Positions 41,201 to 53,177 of a DNA stretch of 64,000 bases are shown one piece after another. The DNA comes from Eledone cirrhosa (Eukaryota). The DNA lies in the NCBI GenBank assembly GCA_964016885.1, contig OZ024743.1:258478001-258542000 (forward strand), read 5' to 3'. Within the stretch, counting starts at the first letter, position 1. The number at the start of each line of letters is the position of its first letter. The position numbers and the translations under genes were made by a program. Under the pieces are notes generated by a model. It did no database searches, was not told the origin of the DNA, and worked only from the letters and a program-made list of their open reading frames with translations.

Positions 41201-44200
41201 CAGTGTGATGTGTGGTATGGTGTGGTATGCTGTAGTGTGGTGTGATGTGTGGTATGCTGTAGTGCAGTGTGATGTGTGGTATGGTGTGGTATGCTGTAGT
41301 GTGGTGTGATGTGTGGTACGCTGTAGTGTGGTGTGATGTGTGGTATGGTGTGGTATGCTGTAGTGTGGTGTGATGTGTGGTATGGTGTGGTATGCTGTAG
41401 TGCAGTGTGATGTGTGGTATGGTGTGGTATGCTGTATTGCAGTGTGATGTCTGGTATGCTGTAGTGTGGTGTGATGTGTGGTATGGTGTGGTATGCTGTA
41501 GTGCGGTGTGATGTGTGGTATGGTGTGGTATGCTGTAGTGCGGTGTGGTGTCTGGTATGGTGTTGTATGCTGTAGTGCAGTGTGATGTGTGGTATGGTGT
41601 GGTATGCTGTAGTGTGGTGTGGTGTGTGGTATGGTGTGGTATGCTGTAGTGCGGTGTGATGTGTGGTATGCTGTAGTGCAGTGTGATCTGTGGTATGGTG
41701 TGGTATGCTGTAGTGCGGTGTGGTGTCTGGTATGGTGTGGTATGCTGTAGTGCAGTGTGATGTGTGGTATGGTGTGGTATGCTGTAGTGCGGTGTGGTGT
41801 CTGGTATGGTGTGGTATGCTGTAGTGCAGTGTGATGTGTGGTATGCTGCGGTATGCTGTAGTGCGGTGTGGTGTCTGGTATGGTGTGGTATGCTGTAGTG
41901 CGGTGTGATGTGTGGTATGGTGTGGTATGCTGTAGTGTGGTGTGATGTGTGGTATGGTGTGGTATGCTGTAGTGCGGTGTGATGTATGGTATGGTGTGGT
42001 ATGCTATAGTGTGGTGTGATGTGTGGTATGGTGTGGTATGCTGTAGTGCGGTGTGATGTGTGGTATGCTGTAGTGCAGTGTGGTGTGTGGTATGGTGTGG
42101 TATGCTGTAGTGCGGTGTGATGTGTTGTATGGTGTGGTATGCTGTAGTGTGGTGTGATGTGTGGTATGCTGTAGTGCAGTGTGGTGTGTGGTATGGTGTG
42201 GTATGCTGTAGTGCGGTGTGATGTGTTGTATGGTGTGGTATGCTGTAGTGTGGTGTGATGTGTGGTATGCTGTAGTGCAGTGTGATGTGTGGTATGGTGT
42301 GGTATGCTGTAGTGCAGTGTGGTTTGTGGTATGCTGTAGTGTGGTGTGATGTGCGGTATGGTGTGGTATGCTGTAGTGCAGTGTGATGTGTGGTATGGTG
42401 TGGTATGCTGTAGTGCAGTGTGATGTGTGGTATGGTGTGGTATGCTGTAGTGCAGTGTGATGTGTGGTATGGTGTGGTATGCTGTAGTGTGGTGTGATGT
42501 GTGGTATGGTGTGGTATGCTGTAGTACAGTGTGGTTTGTGGTATGCTGTAGTGCGGTGTGATGTGTGGTATGGTGTGGTATGCTGTAGTGCGGTGTGATG
42601 TGTGGTATGGTGTGGTATGTTGTAGTGTGGTGTGATATGTGGTATGGTGTGGTATGCTGTAGTGCAGAGTGATGTGTGGTATGCTGTAGTTTAGTGTGGT
42701 GTGTGGTATGCTGTAGTGTGGTGTGATGTGTGGTATGGTGTGATATGCTGTAGTGCAGTGTGACGTGTGGTATGCTGTAGTGCAGTGTGATGTGTGGTAT
42801 GGTGTGGTATGCTGTAGTTTAGTGTGGTGTGTGGTATGCTGTAGTGTGGTGTGATGTGTGGTATGGTGTGGTATGCTGTAGTGCAGTGTGATGTGTGTTA
42901 TGCTGTAGTTTAGTGTGATGTGTGGTATGGTGTGGTGTGGTGTAGTGCAGTGTGATGTGTGGTATGTTGTAGTGCGGTGTGATGTGTGGTATGGTGTGGT
43001 ATGCTGTAGTATGGTGTGATGTGTGGTATGGTGTGGTATGCTGTAGTGTGGTGTGATGTGTGGTATGGTGTGGTATGCTGTAGTGTGGTGTGATGTGTGG
43101 TATGGTGTGGTATGCTGTAGTGCAGTGTGGTTTTTGGTATGCTGTAGTGCGGTGGGATGTGTGGTATGGTGTGGTATGCTGTAGTGCGGTGTGGTGTGTG
43201 GTATGGTGTGGTATGTTGTAGTGTGGTGTGATGTGTGGTATGGTGTGGTATGCTGTAGTGTGGTGTTATGTGTGGTATGGTGTGATATGCTGTAGTGCAG
43301 TGTGATGTGTGGTATGGTGTGGTATGCTGTAGTGCAGTGTGATGTGTGGTATGGTGTGGTATGCTGTAGTGTGGTGTGATGTGTGGTATACTGTAGTGTG
43401 TGTGATGTGTGGTATGGTGTGGTATGCTGTAGTTTAGTGTGATGTGTGGTATGGTGTGGTGTGGTGTAGTGCAGTGTGATGTGTGGTATGTTGTAGTGCG
43501 GTGTGATGTGTGGTATGGTGTGGTATGCTGTAGTGCGGTGTGATGTGTGGTATGGTGTGGTATGCTGTAGTGCAGTGTGATGTGTGGTATGCTGTAGTAT
43601 GGTGTGATGTGTGGTATGGTGTGGTATGCTGTAGTGTGGTGTGATGTGTGGTATGGTGTGGTATGCTGTAGTGCGGTGTGGTGTCTGTTATGGTGTTGTA
43701 TGCTGTAGTGCAGTGTGATGTGTGGTATGGTGTGGTATGCTGTAGTATGGTGTGGTATGCTGTAGTGCGGTGTGATGTGTGGTATGGTGTGGTATGCTGT
43801 TGTGCGGTGTGGTGTCTGGTATGGTGTTGTATGCTGTAGTGCAGTGTGATGTGTGGTATGGTGTGGTATGCTGTAGTATGGTGTGATGTGTGGTATGGTG
43901 TGGTATGCTGTAGTGCGGTGTGATGTGTGGGATGGTGTGGTATGCTGTAGTGCGGTGTGGTGTCTGGTATGGTGTTGTATGCTGTAGTGCAGTGTGATGT
44001 GTGGTATTGTGTGGTATGCTGTAGTGTGGTGTGGTGTGTGGTATGGTGTGGTATGCCGTAGTGCGGTGTGATGTGTGGTATGGTGTGGTATGCTGTAGTG
44101 CGGTGTGATGTGCGGTATGGTGTGGTATGCTGTAGTGCGGTGTGGTGTCTGGTATGGTGTGGTATGCTGTAGTGCAGTGTGATGTGTGGTATGGTGTGGT

Positions 44201-45590
44201 ATGCTGTAGTGCGGTGTGATGTGTGGTATGGTGTGGTATGCTGTAGTGCGGTGTGGTGTCTGGTATGGTGTGGTATGCTGTAGTGCAGTGTGATCTGTGG
44301 TATGGTGTGGTATGCTGTAGTGCGGTGTGATGTGTGGTATGGTGTGGTATGCTGTAGTGCGGTGTGGTGTCTGGTATGGTGTGGTATGCTGTAGTGCGGT
44401 GTGATGTGTGGTATGGTGTGGTATGCTGTAGTGCAGTGTGATGTATGGTATGGTGTGGTATGCTGTAGTGTGGTGTGATGTGTGGTATGGTGTGGTATGC
44501 TGTAGTGTGGTGTGATGTGTGGTATGGTGTGGTATGCTGTAGTGCAGTGTGATGTGTGGTATGGTGTGGTATGCTGTAGTGCAGTGTGATGTGTGGTATG
44601 GTGTGGTATGCTGTAGTGCAGTGTGATGTATGGTATGGTGTGGTATGCTGTAGTGTGGTGTGATGTGTGGTATGGTGTGGTATGCTGTAGTGTGGTGTGA
44701 TGTGTGGTATGGTGTGGTATGCTGTAGTGCAGTGTGATGTGTGGTATGGTGTGGTATGCTGTAGTGCAGTGTGATGTGTGGTATGGTGTGGTATGCTGTA
44801 GTGCGGTGTGATGTGTGGTATGGTGTGGTATGCTGTAGTGCGGTGTGGTGTCTGGTATGGTGTGGTATGCTGTAGTGCAGTGTGTTGTGTGGTATGGTAT
44901 GGTATGTTGTAGTGTGGTGTGGTGTGTGGTATGGTATGGTATGCTGTAGTGTGGTGTGATGTGTGGTATGGTGTGGTATGCTGTAGTGCGGTGTGATGTG
45001 TGTTATGGTGTGGTATGCTGTAGTGCAGTGTGATGTGTGGTATGCTGTAGTGCAGTGTGATCTGTGGTATGGTGTGGTATGCTGTAGTGCGGTGTGATGT
45101 GTGGTATGGTGTGGTATGCTGTAGTGCGGTGTGGTGTCTGGTATGGTGTGGTATGGTGTGGTATGCTGTAGTGCGGTGTGATGTGTGGTATGGTGTGGTA
45201 TGCTGTAGTGCAGTGTGGTGTCTGGTATGGTGTGGTATGCTGTAGTGCAGTGTGATGTGTGGTATGGTGTGGTATGCTGTAGTGCGGTGTGGTGTGTGGT
45301 ATGGTGTGGTATGCTGTAGTGCGGTGTGATGTGTGGAATTGTGTGGTATGCTTTAGTGCAGTGTGATGTGTGGTATGGTGTGGTATGCTGTAGTGCGGTG
45401 TGATGTCTGGTATGGTGTGGTATGCTGTAGTGCGGTGTGATGTCTGGTATGGTGTGGTATGCTGTTGTGCGGTGTGATGTGTGGTATGGTGTGGTATGCT
45501 GTTGTGCGGTGTGATGTGTGGTATGGTGTAGTGCAGTGTGGTGTGTGTTATGGTGTGTTATGCCGTAGTGCGGTGTGATGTGTGGTATGG
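26214..45590. repeat. ~19.4-kb G/T-rich minisatellite of 37-bp (GGTATGGTGTGGTATGCTGTAGTGCAGTGTGATGTGT) and 27-bp units with higher-order repeats
   Basis: Units read directly. Rare marker ATTCTCTAG at 30789, 33694 and 36242 (periods 2905 and 2548 bp). Confidence 0.98.
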
Positions 45591-45924
45591 TTTGTTATAT
45601 TCTGGTACATTGTGGTGCAGTTTTTCTTGGTGTGTTCTGGTTTGATTGGTGGAAACTTTTCAACACAGAGAAGGAAAATAAAATGTGTAAGCTATAGATT
45701 GTGTTGAACTAGAAAGTTGTTAAATTTATAAAGCTAAATAGTGTTCACAGTTTCTCTAGACTAAATGGCATTTCTCTCTTGTTCAGGGGGCAAAAAACAA
45801 ACAACAAAAATATTTTCAATTATTATTTAATCTCAGTTGGAATACGTCTGCTGAACATATTTTTAGTACGTTACGCTCTTCCCTCATCTTTTCCGATTAG
45901 AATAATAAAATGTATGTGTGAGTA

Positions 45925-45977
45925 TTTTATATATATATATGTGTGTGTGTGTGTGTAGGTATATATATGTATGTATA

Positions 45978-46027
<50 letters not shown>

Positions 46028-46079
46028 TATATATGTATGTATATATGTGTATATATATATATGTGTGTGTGTATATCTG

Positions 46080-46112
<33 letters not shown>

Positions 46113-46395
46113 ATATATGTATGCGTGTATATATGTATATGTATGTATATATATATATGCATATATATATGTATATATGTATATATATATATATATGTAT
46201 ATATATATGTATATATATATGTATATATGTATATATATATATGTATGTATATATATGTATATATATGTATATATATGTATATATATATATACATATATAT
46301 ACATATATATATATATACATATATATACATATATATACATATATATATGTATATATATGTGTATATATATATGTATATATATATGTATATATATA
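45925..46395. repeat. Long (TA)n/(TATG)n microsatellite
   Basis: Directly visible. Confidence 0.95.
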
Positions 46396-46524
46396 ACGAA
46401 GGAAATGTTGTAAGGAACCAGATGGACCATAATGCACCAAAGTACTCAATACTTAGGGTAGTAGAGTGGATAATAGGAACAAGTATGATCCCGACGGCAG
46501 AGCTCAAGCCGTTTCAATGGCTAA
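46395..46524 (-). ncRNA. Hammerhead-like 3' half plus downstream repeat sequence between (TA)n tracts
   Basis: Reverse complement reads GAAA CGGC TTGAGCTCT GCCG TC GGGATC ATACTTGTTCC. Confidence 0.5.
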
Positions 46525-47402
46525 TATATATATATATACATACGCCACACACACATAGTTGTAAATATTTCACCAGGCACTTTTGCTTTTGTTTTCATTG
46601 ATTGTAGTAGAAGATTATTAACAGACCATTACTCTTCTTTTCTTAATTCTGTTCATATTGTTATCGTTGTTGTTGCTGTTGTTAGTATTGTTGTTCTTGA
46701 TGTTCTTGTAGTTGTATTTTTTTGTTTCTAGATTTATCTTTTCTTAGAATTGTCTTTATTTTCGATATTTCAATATGTCATACGCACACACACACAGGAT
46801 TGTTACTGTGATGAAAGGGAGATAAACCAAGGTGAATCTATTCATTTTAGCATCTACATTTTTCAATTCTTATTTCACCCATATTTCATTTGTTCCGGAA
46901 ATTCTGGTGAATCTCTCCACCCAGTGGCTTAAGTAAAGCCCAGAAATTTTAAAGAGTCATAGTAAATTTGAACTCATGAACAGATTTCTAAGTCTTCTCT
47001 GTAAGATATTTTTTCCTCTCATCGTTTATACATCTGTAAGGTGATAGATAGATAGAGTGTATCACAAGTCCATAGTGAGAAAATGGAGTTGTCAGGAATA
47101 AGTGAGTGAAGAAAAGGAAGTTTTTACATCATGTATTTCCATAATTGTTTGTGTTGGACAAGTTCTTTAGAGGTTACAACTCTTCTTCGTTTCAGGAAGA
47201 AGGAGTGCTGTGACTGTTTTTATAGCTGATTCATATATATATTCAATTCAATTCAATATATTTGGCAGAAATTAAAACATAGATGCTTCAGATGCCATGT
47301 AAGGAGGGGAGGGGGGCAAAATTTACACAGTCCAAAACACAGTGTTCCAACACCGGTCCAATTTCACCTTGAATTGTTGCGTGGTTGACGTGTTGACTAC
47401 TT

Positions 47403-47620
47403 CTTCATCATTTTTCCATGCTGGTATGAATTAGACGAGTTATCCTGTTGTAAGCAATTCCAGGTCAGGTGACCATGTTATACATAACCGATTTTGGCTT
47501 GGTTTCTAGAGCTGGATGCTCTTCCTAGCACCAACCTCATTTACAGTGAGTACTGGGTGCATTTTGTCATGACACCTACACTACCATTTTACAGTGTGGA
47601 CTGGGTGCTTTTTGCTATGA
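47403..47620 (-). mobile_element. SINE-like 3' module with RTE-type tail
   Basis: TTTTTCCATGCTGGTATG...GCTGGATGCTCTTCCTAGCACCAACC..TTTACAGTG..TGGGTGC is the reverse complement of the 11810 module. Confidence 0.75.
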
Positions 47621-47634
47621 TATATATATATATA

Positions 47635-47790
47635 TATCAACCTAGTATTTGACTGGTACTTTTTCAACCCCAAAAGGATGAAAGGCTAAATTGACCCAAG
47701 GTGGATTTGGACACAGAACACAGAAAGTCAGTATAAATGCTGCGAGGCATTCTGTCTTACACATTAATGACTCTGCCAATTCTCCAAGAT
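47635..47790 (-). mobile_element. tRNA-derived SINE (Nin/Deu-like family)
   Basis: GACTGGTACT..CCCCAAAAGGATGAAAGGC..GGATTTGGACACAGAAC is the reverse complement of the 20900 family. Confidence 0.65.
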
Positions 47791-47911
47791 AAATATCATT
47801 AGTGGCTAGGAAGAAATGATTGAAACTGTCAGTTATATATTACTGGTAGTTATTTTATCAGCCCTGTATGTATTACAGATAGTTATTTTATCAATTGTGT
47901 TTGTATTACTG

Positions 47912-48250
47912 GAAGGCATGTGGCTTAGTGGTTAGAGGGATGGGCTCACAAGCATAAGGTTGTGAGTTTGAATCTCAGTCTGGGCAATGTGTTGTGACCT
48001 TGAGTAAAACACGTTATTTCACATTACTCCCATTTGCTCAGTTGGAAAAAATGGGATGTGGTGTCACTGATGCCAAGCTGTATCAGACTTAGCCTTTCCT
48101 TTGGATGATGTTGATGGTATGGAGTGGGAAGACGGGTATGTATTGACAACTGCTGGCTTTCCACAAAAGACCCCTTGCCCATGCTTGTATCTCAGAAGGG
48201 GAACTTTCTACATGCAAACCCATAGCCATTTATGACCAAATGGGGCCCTT
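47912..48250 (+). mobile_element. Near full-length tRNA-derived SINE
   Basis: A box TGGCTTAGTGGTTAG, B-box-like GAGTTTGAATC, then GTGTTGTGACCTTGAGTAAAACAC conserved-domain-like body. Confidence 0.7.
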
Positions 48251-48659
48251 TAACAAAAATGAATTGCCAGTAATTTTATCAACGTTAGATGGAGGGAAAG
48301 TAAAGTATAACTGAGCAAGATTTAAACTCAGAACCTAAATGCAACAGTGTTTACCACTCCACCACCTTACCATGTGTTAAGATTAAAATCTGGTCAAATA
48401 TTAATACATTTTGTTTTTTCTGCACCTTGAAAGATAAAGAAAGATGAAAAAGCTGGAGAAAATACAAAATTGATTGAAAGGATTAAATAGTTTGTGGCTG
48501 ATTTTTCGATATTTTCGGCCCATGTGCAATAATAGTTATTTATATTGTACACACAAACACACATATATGCATATATATGTGTGTGTGTGTATGTGTGTAT
48601 ATATAAATGTTTGTATATGTATATATATATATGTTTGTATATGTATATATATGTGTATG

Positions 48660-48728
<69 letters not shown>

Positions 48729-48732
48729 ATGA

Positions 48733-48822
<90 letters not shown>

Positions 48823-49359
48823 TTATGGTTTTAAAAGAGTTGAGATATTTATTGGTGTGTATGCTTGCAGGAAATTAGAAATTTGCTAAACACAGCTAGC
48901 CTCATTAAAACTATCTGAAACCGTTTTCTCTATGAAGAATAAATCTGCTATTTTACATGGCTGCAATAATGTCAAATCTATTTATATGCTTGGAGCTATC
49001 AATTTATTTAAACATAGTAATGTTGCTAGTGGTCGTTGGGGGCAGGTTGGGTGGCTGTCAGTGGTGAAGCGGAGTAGGAAAAGAGGGATATTGAGGAATA
49101 TTGAATTTATATTCGTAGTGAAAGAAAATTAATTTTATTTATTTAATAAGGAATAAATTTCTGGATCAATAAATCTCTGAGCTGCCATTTAATTTGTCGA
49201 TTGTTAAGATACATGGTCAATACTTCTATGTTTACAATAGACGGCTGTCTCGTCTGTGTGATACAACCAGCAATAGACATTGTTGTCTGTGCTAATAACT
49301 CTAAACCTTATACCAAATCTAAAACATTATTTTCTTTATTGCTCTTTACTTCTCTCTCA

Positions 49360-49390
<31 letters not shown>

Positions 49391-49392
49391 CA

Positions 49393-49452
49393 GTCCAGAT
49401 TTAGCCGTCGAAACGGCTTGAGCTCAGCCGTTGGGGTCTTACTTGTTCCTAT
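49393..49452 (+). ncRNA. Hammerhead-like 3' half between (TA)n tracts
   Basis: GCCGTC GAAA CGGC TTGAGCTCA GCCG TT GGGGTC. Confidence 0.5.
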
Positions 49453-49754
49453 ATATATATATATATATATTTAGCTACTTATTTATTTATTTCTCTGTCT
49501 GTCTGTCTGTTTCTTTCTCTTTAACATTGCAACCTCCCCTTTCTCCTCATTTTGCTTAACTAATGAAAGACTAATGTCCAATGCACTGAGATATCCCTTT
49601 TCCTTTTCCAGCAAATGTGAAACTAATAAGATTTAGTGTAATTGTATCTCTGTGTTTGTCTTTTTTTAATCTTGACCAATATCTATATATCTATCAATAT
49701 ATATCTTATATATATATACATACATATACACACACATATATATATATATAATGT

Positions 49755-50425
49755 AATATGTTATTCAAAGGCTATGACAATGCAAAATAGATGGTAGATT
49801 TTTGAAAAAGTTGAAGACAATGAAGATGTTAGTGTGTTACCTGTTATTTTATTTACCTGTCTTAATATTTCAGGACTAAAATTCCTTCATTAGAAGAATA
49901 TAATAAGAAATTGGTTCAAAGTTTAGTGCTTTAGTTGTTATAGGCCCACCATCTTACTTTTTCGTTTGCAAGTGGTGATCTATGAATAGCTATTGGTGGT
50001 ATGCTGTTCTTAGTGAGGATATTTATGTATTTGCCAGATGTTGTCTTCATCTGCAGATATCAGTCCAGGTTGTGTTAATGTGGTCTTCGATCTGGGTTGA
50101 GGTTTTGTCTATCATTTCTTAATATAGTACACACAGAGAGAGAACATTATACACATATCTACAGATGATGCCAACTTGCCATTATTTCCACCAACTATAA
50201 ATAGACCACCACTTACAAACAAAGAAAGTAAGATGGTTAGCCTATAAAAGCACAAAACTTCAAACCAATTTTTTATTATATTCTTCTGATGAAGAGAATT
50301 TAGTCCCAAAATATTAGGACAAGTAAATATAATAATGATTGACACCCTATCATCTTCAGTGCCTACAATTTTTCTCCAAAATCTACCATCCATTCTGCAT
50401 TGTTACAGCATTTGAATAACATACT
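49755..50425. repeat. Diverged inverted pair (~270-300-bp arms), each with a minimal hammerhead-like core; probable Penelope pseudo-LTR remnants
   Basis: The reverse complement of 49755-50060 aligns to 50155-50425. Cores are CTAATGA-AGGA..TCCT-GAAA-TATTA and CTGATGA-..-AAAA-TATTA. Confidence 0.7.
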
Positions 50426-50479
50426 ACTTTATACACTAACACAATGCTTCAAGCAAACAACACCCTCATATATATATAG

Positions 50480-51710
50480 CATCATCACCATTTAATACAC
50501 ATTTTCCATGCTAGCATGGGTTAGACAAGTTATCCCATTGTGAGACAAGCCAGATCAGATGACCATGTGAAGCTCATACAGAACTGGTTTTGATTTGATT
50601 TCTATGGTTGGATGTCCTTCCTAATGCCAACCACATTTACAGTGAGTACTGCATGCTTTTGTCATAGCACCTATATGACCCCTTACAGTGTGGACTAGAT
50701 GCTTTTTGTCATGGCACCAAAATGACCACTTTACAGTGTGGACTAAGGACTTGGGAAAGTGGCTTTTCTGTATTACTGCATAACACCAGAGATCACGATC
50801 CTCTGTCATCACCTTTGAGAGGTGCAATTGTGCAAGGTCAGCTTTTATCACCTCATCCAGTTTTCCTAGGTATTCCTACTCCATAGCTACATCAACTTTA
50901 AGTGCTCTGCACCTTTTTATGCACCTGTCATCTTTTATATGCATCACATATCCATACCAATGCATTCTCCTCTCCTGCACATTATATCTTATCCCTCTTA
51001 AACCCAGTTTCTAACTCAGTTCATTTATGCTTTGCCGCTCATGAATATTACTATTACACATCCATTAAAGCATGAAAGCTTCATTTCTTTCCAATATTTG
51101 CAAGTCCTCTGCACACAGCACCCAGGTCTCACTACCATGCAACATTGCTCTTTGTATACATGCATCATACAATCTGGCCTTCATTTTGAGGTGAAAATCT
51201 TTTGTAGTTAGTAGTGGTAGTAGCTCTCTGAAATTTCTCCATATCATTCTCACTCTGGCTACTGTGCTTTCGGAACACCCATCTCCACTGCTAATTTGGT
51301 AACCCAGGTAACAGAAACTATCTACTACTTCTACAGAGCACTCTGGCATTTGAAGGAACTAGTACCCTGTTAACTCTTGCTACTTATTGCACCTGTGCAT
51401 CAACCGCATATAAAACCTACATTCTTTGCTATTCTGCCTGAGATCACACTACATCTCCTGTGTACCCGTAGTTTGCATTTGTGGCTGTGGATGGAATTTA
51501 TTCAAAGAGTAAGGCCATTTCCCTAAGGAAATCTGGCCCCTGTTTTCCTTTCTTCATACTATGACTCTAGTCTTTGACAAGTTAACTTTATGAACATTTG
51601 ATTTTAGGCCATGCTTCCAGGTTTGGAAGTTTTTCTCTAATTCTGCCATAGATTCAGCTATGTGGGTTAGATCATCTGCACACAGAAGTTCCCATGGGCA
51701 GCCAGTCTTA
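50480..51710 (-). mobile_element. 5'-truncated RTE LINE (end of RT to C-terminus) joined to the SINE-like 3' module
   Basis: CPWELLCADDL...VNLSKTRVIV, Cys/His finger remnant, VDSFCYLG...ARLYDACIQRAMLHGSETW; module and tail at 50480-50745. Confidence 0.9.
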
Positions 51711-51773
51711 AATATATATATATGTGTGTGTGTGTGCGTGTGTATGTGTACATTTACATGCATTGCATGCATG

Positions 51774-51817
<44 letters not shown>

Positions 51818-53089
51818 CTCTGTGACAGTGGAAGAGTTAAGCACTTGTTTATGCTGATTATGATGTTTATAACAACAATGAAAGTGATGATGGTAGGTAA
51901 TAACTAGACATTTTATAATTTACCGATGATTAAATAGATTTAAAAGAAAAGTTCGTTTCTCTGCAGGAAATATACTACAAAAGGAAGGAACATAATGGAT
52001 TCCGCTGACATTTTTGAAAATTGCCATTCCAGGATGTTGGAGACAATTATGATTTAATCTATCATATTTTCAAATATACAAAGAATATACATCTTCTGGC
52101 ATGAAACCTTGCAAACTTTAATGCATTTATTTCAACAATTAGGTTCTCTGAAAATATAAAATATGGAATTACAGCCTCATTAAATTTTGGATGAAATGTA
52201 TGCACTTATATACACCCTCAATCAGTTATAGGCATATACACACACATGTATGTGTGTGTATGTCATTTATACATTCAAATATATATATAAATATAATGTG
52301 TGCATTTATATAAATATGTGTGTAAACATTATATATACACATATCTGTATATATATGCATATTTATATATATATGTGTGTGTGTGTGTTTACATATAATT
52401 ATAAGTATGCATATATATATATATATGTACATAGAATTGTATATATATAAATATGTATGTTGTATGCATGCATGCAAATATGATTTTATATAAACAAATA
52501 GCTGTAGCTGACCATGCCTCAGTTTATTAATACCTATAATAAATATAATCACATAAATTCGGTATATTTCTGATAGATTGCTTTCAAAATAGGCTGACAA
52601 TATTCAGTTTTGTTTTGAAATATTGATTTACTTAGTTGCTTTCTATCAATTGAGAAAATGGTTCAAATTGAGCTTCATTCTTTAACATAATAGGATCTTT
52701 TGTCTCTGTTATATGAAAAATGGTTACTAACTATGCCATTTGATAAATGGTGTTTGATAAACTACCTAACTGAAATATGTATTAAGGTCAATATAATCAA
52801 ATATAATTCTTTGGAAGTAAAGGAAGGGTGGTAAAATAGTGACAGACTCTACACACCAGTCTAGGCAGTATATTTCAGCTGCTACCAATGGACAAGATGG
52901 CAAAAACATTGCTGCAGAGGACAGCCAGTGACACCTCTTTCATCAACAATTTTACCTCATGGACACTTCTTCCACAAGTGAGATGTGCATCTGATTTTGC
53001 AGAGGAAAACAGCAGTTTGAAAGAGATGCCACAACATGATTCTTGACTAGTTGCTGAAAGCAGTAAAAGAATATAAGAATATTTGGTTT

Positions 53090-53175
53090 CAAATTGAGCA
53101 AGTGTCTTCTACAATAACCTTGGGTTGACCAGTGCCTTGTGAGTGGAATTTTCTGGGTAGAGACTGTGTGGAAGA
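53090..53175 (+). mobile_element. SINE fragment
   Basis: GAGCAAGTGTCTTCTACAATAACCTTGGGTTGACCAGTGCCTTGTGAGTGG; same family as 24186 and 59215. Confidence 0.55.
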
Positions 53176-53177
53176 CA

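Noticed and set aside
26214-45590. CRISPR-like 37-bp periodicity or telomeric repeat
   Set aside because: No unique spacers and no cas genes in a eukaryotic context. The unit is not TTAGGG-like and the array is internal.
45884-46601. YI-repeat ORFs (also at ~48.5, 52, 57, 60 and 62.7 kb)
   Set aside because: Translations of (TA)n microsatellites.
47912-47985. tRNA gene
   Set aside because: A and B boxes are present, but there is no intact cloverleaf and the sequence continues into a SINE body.
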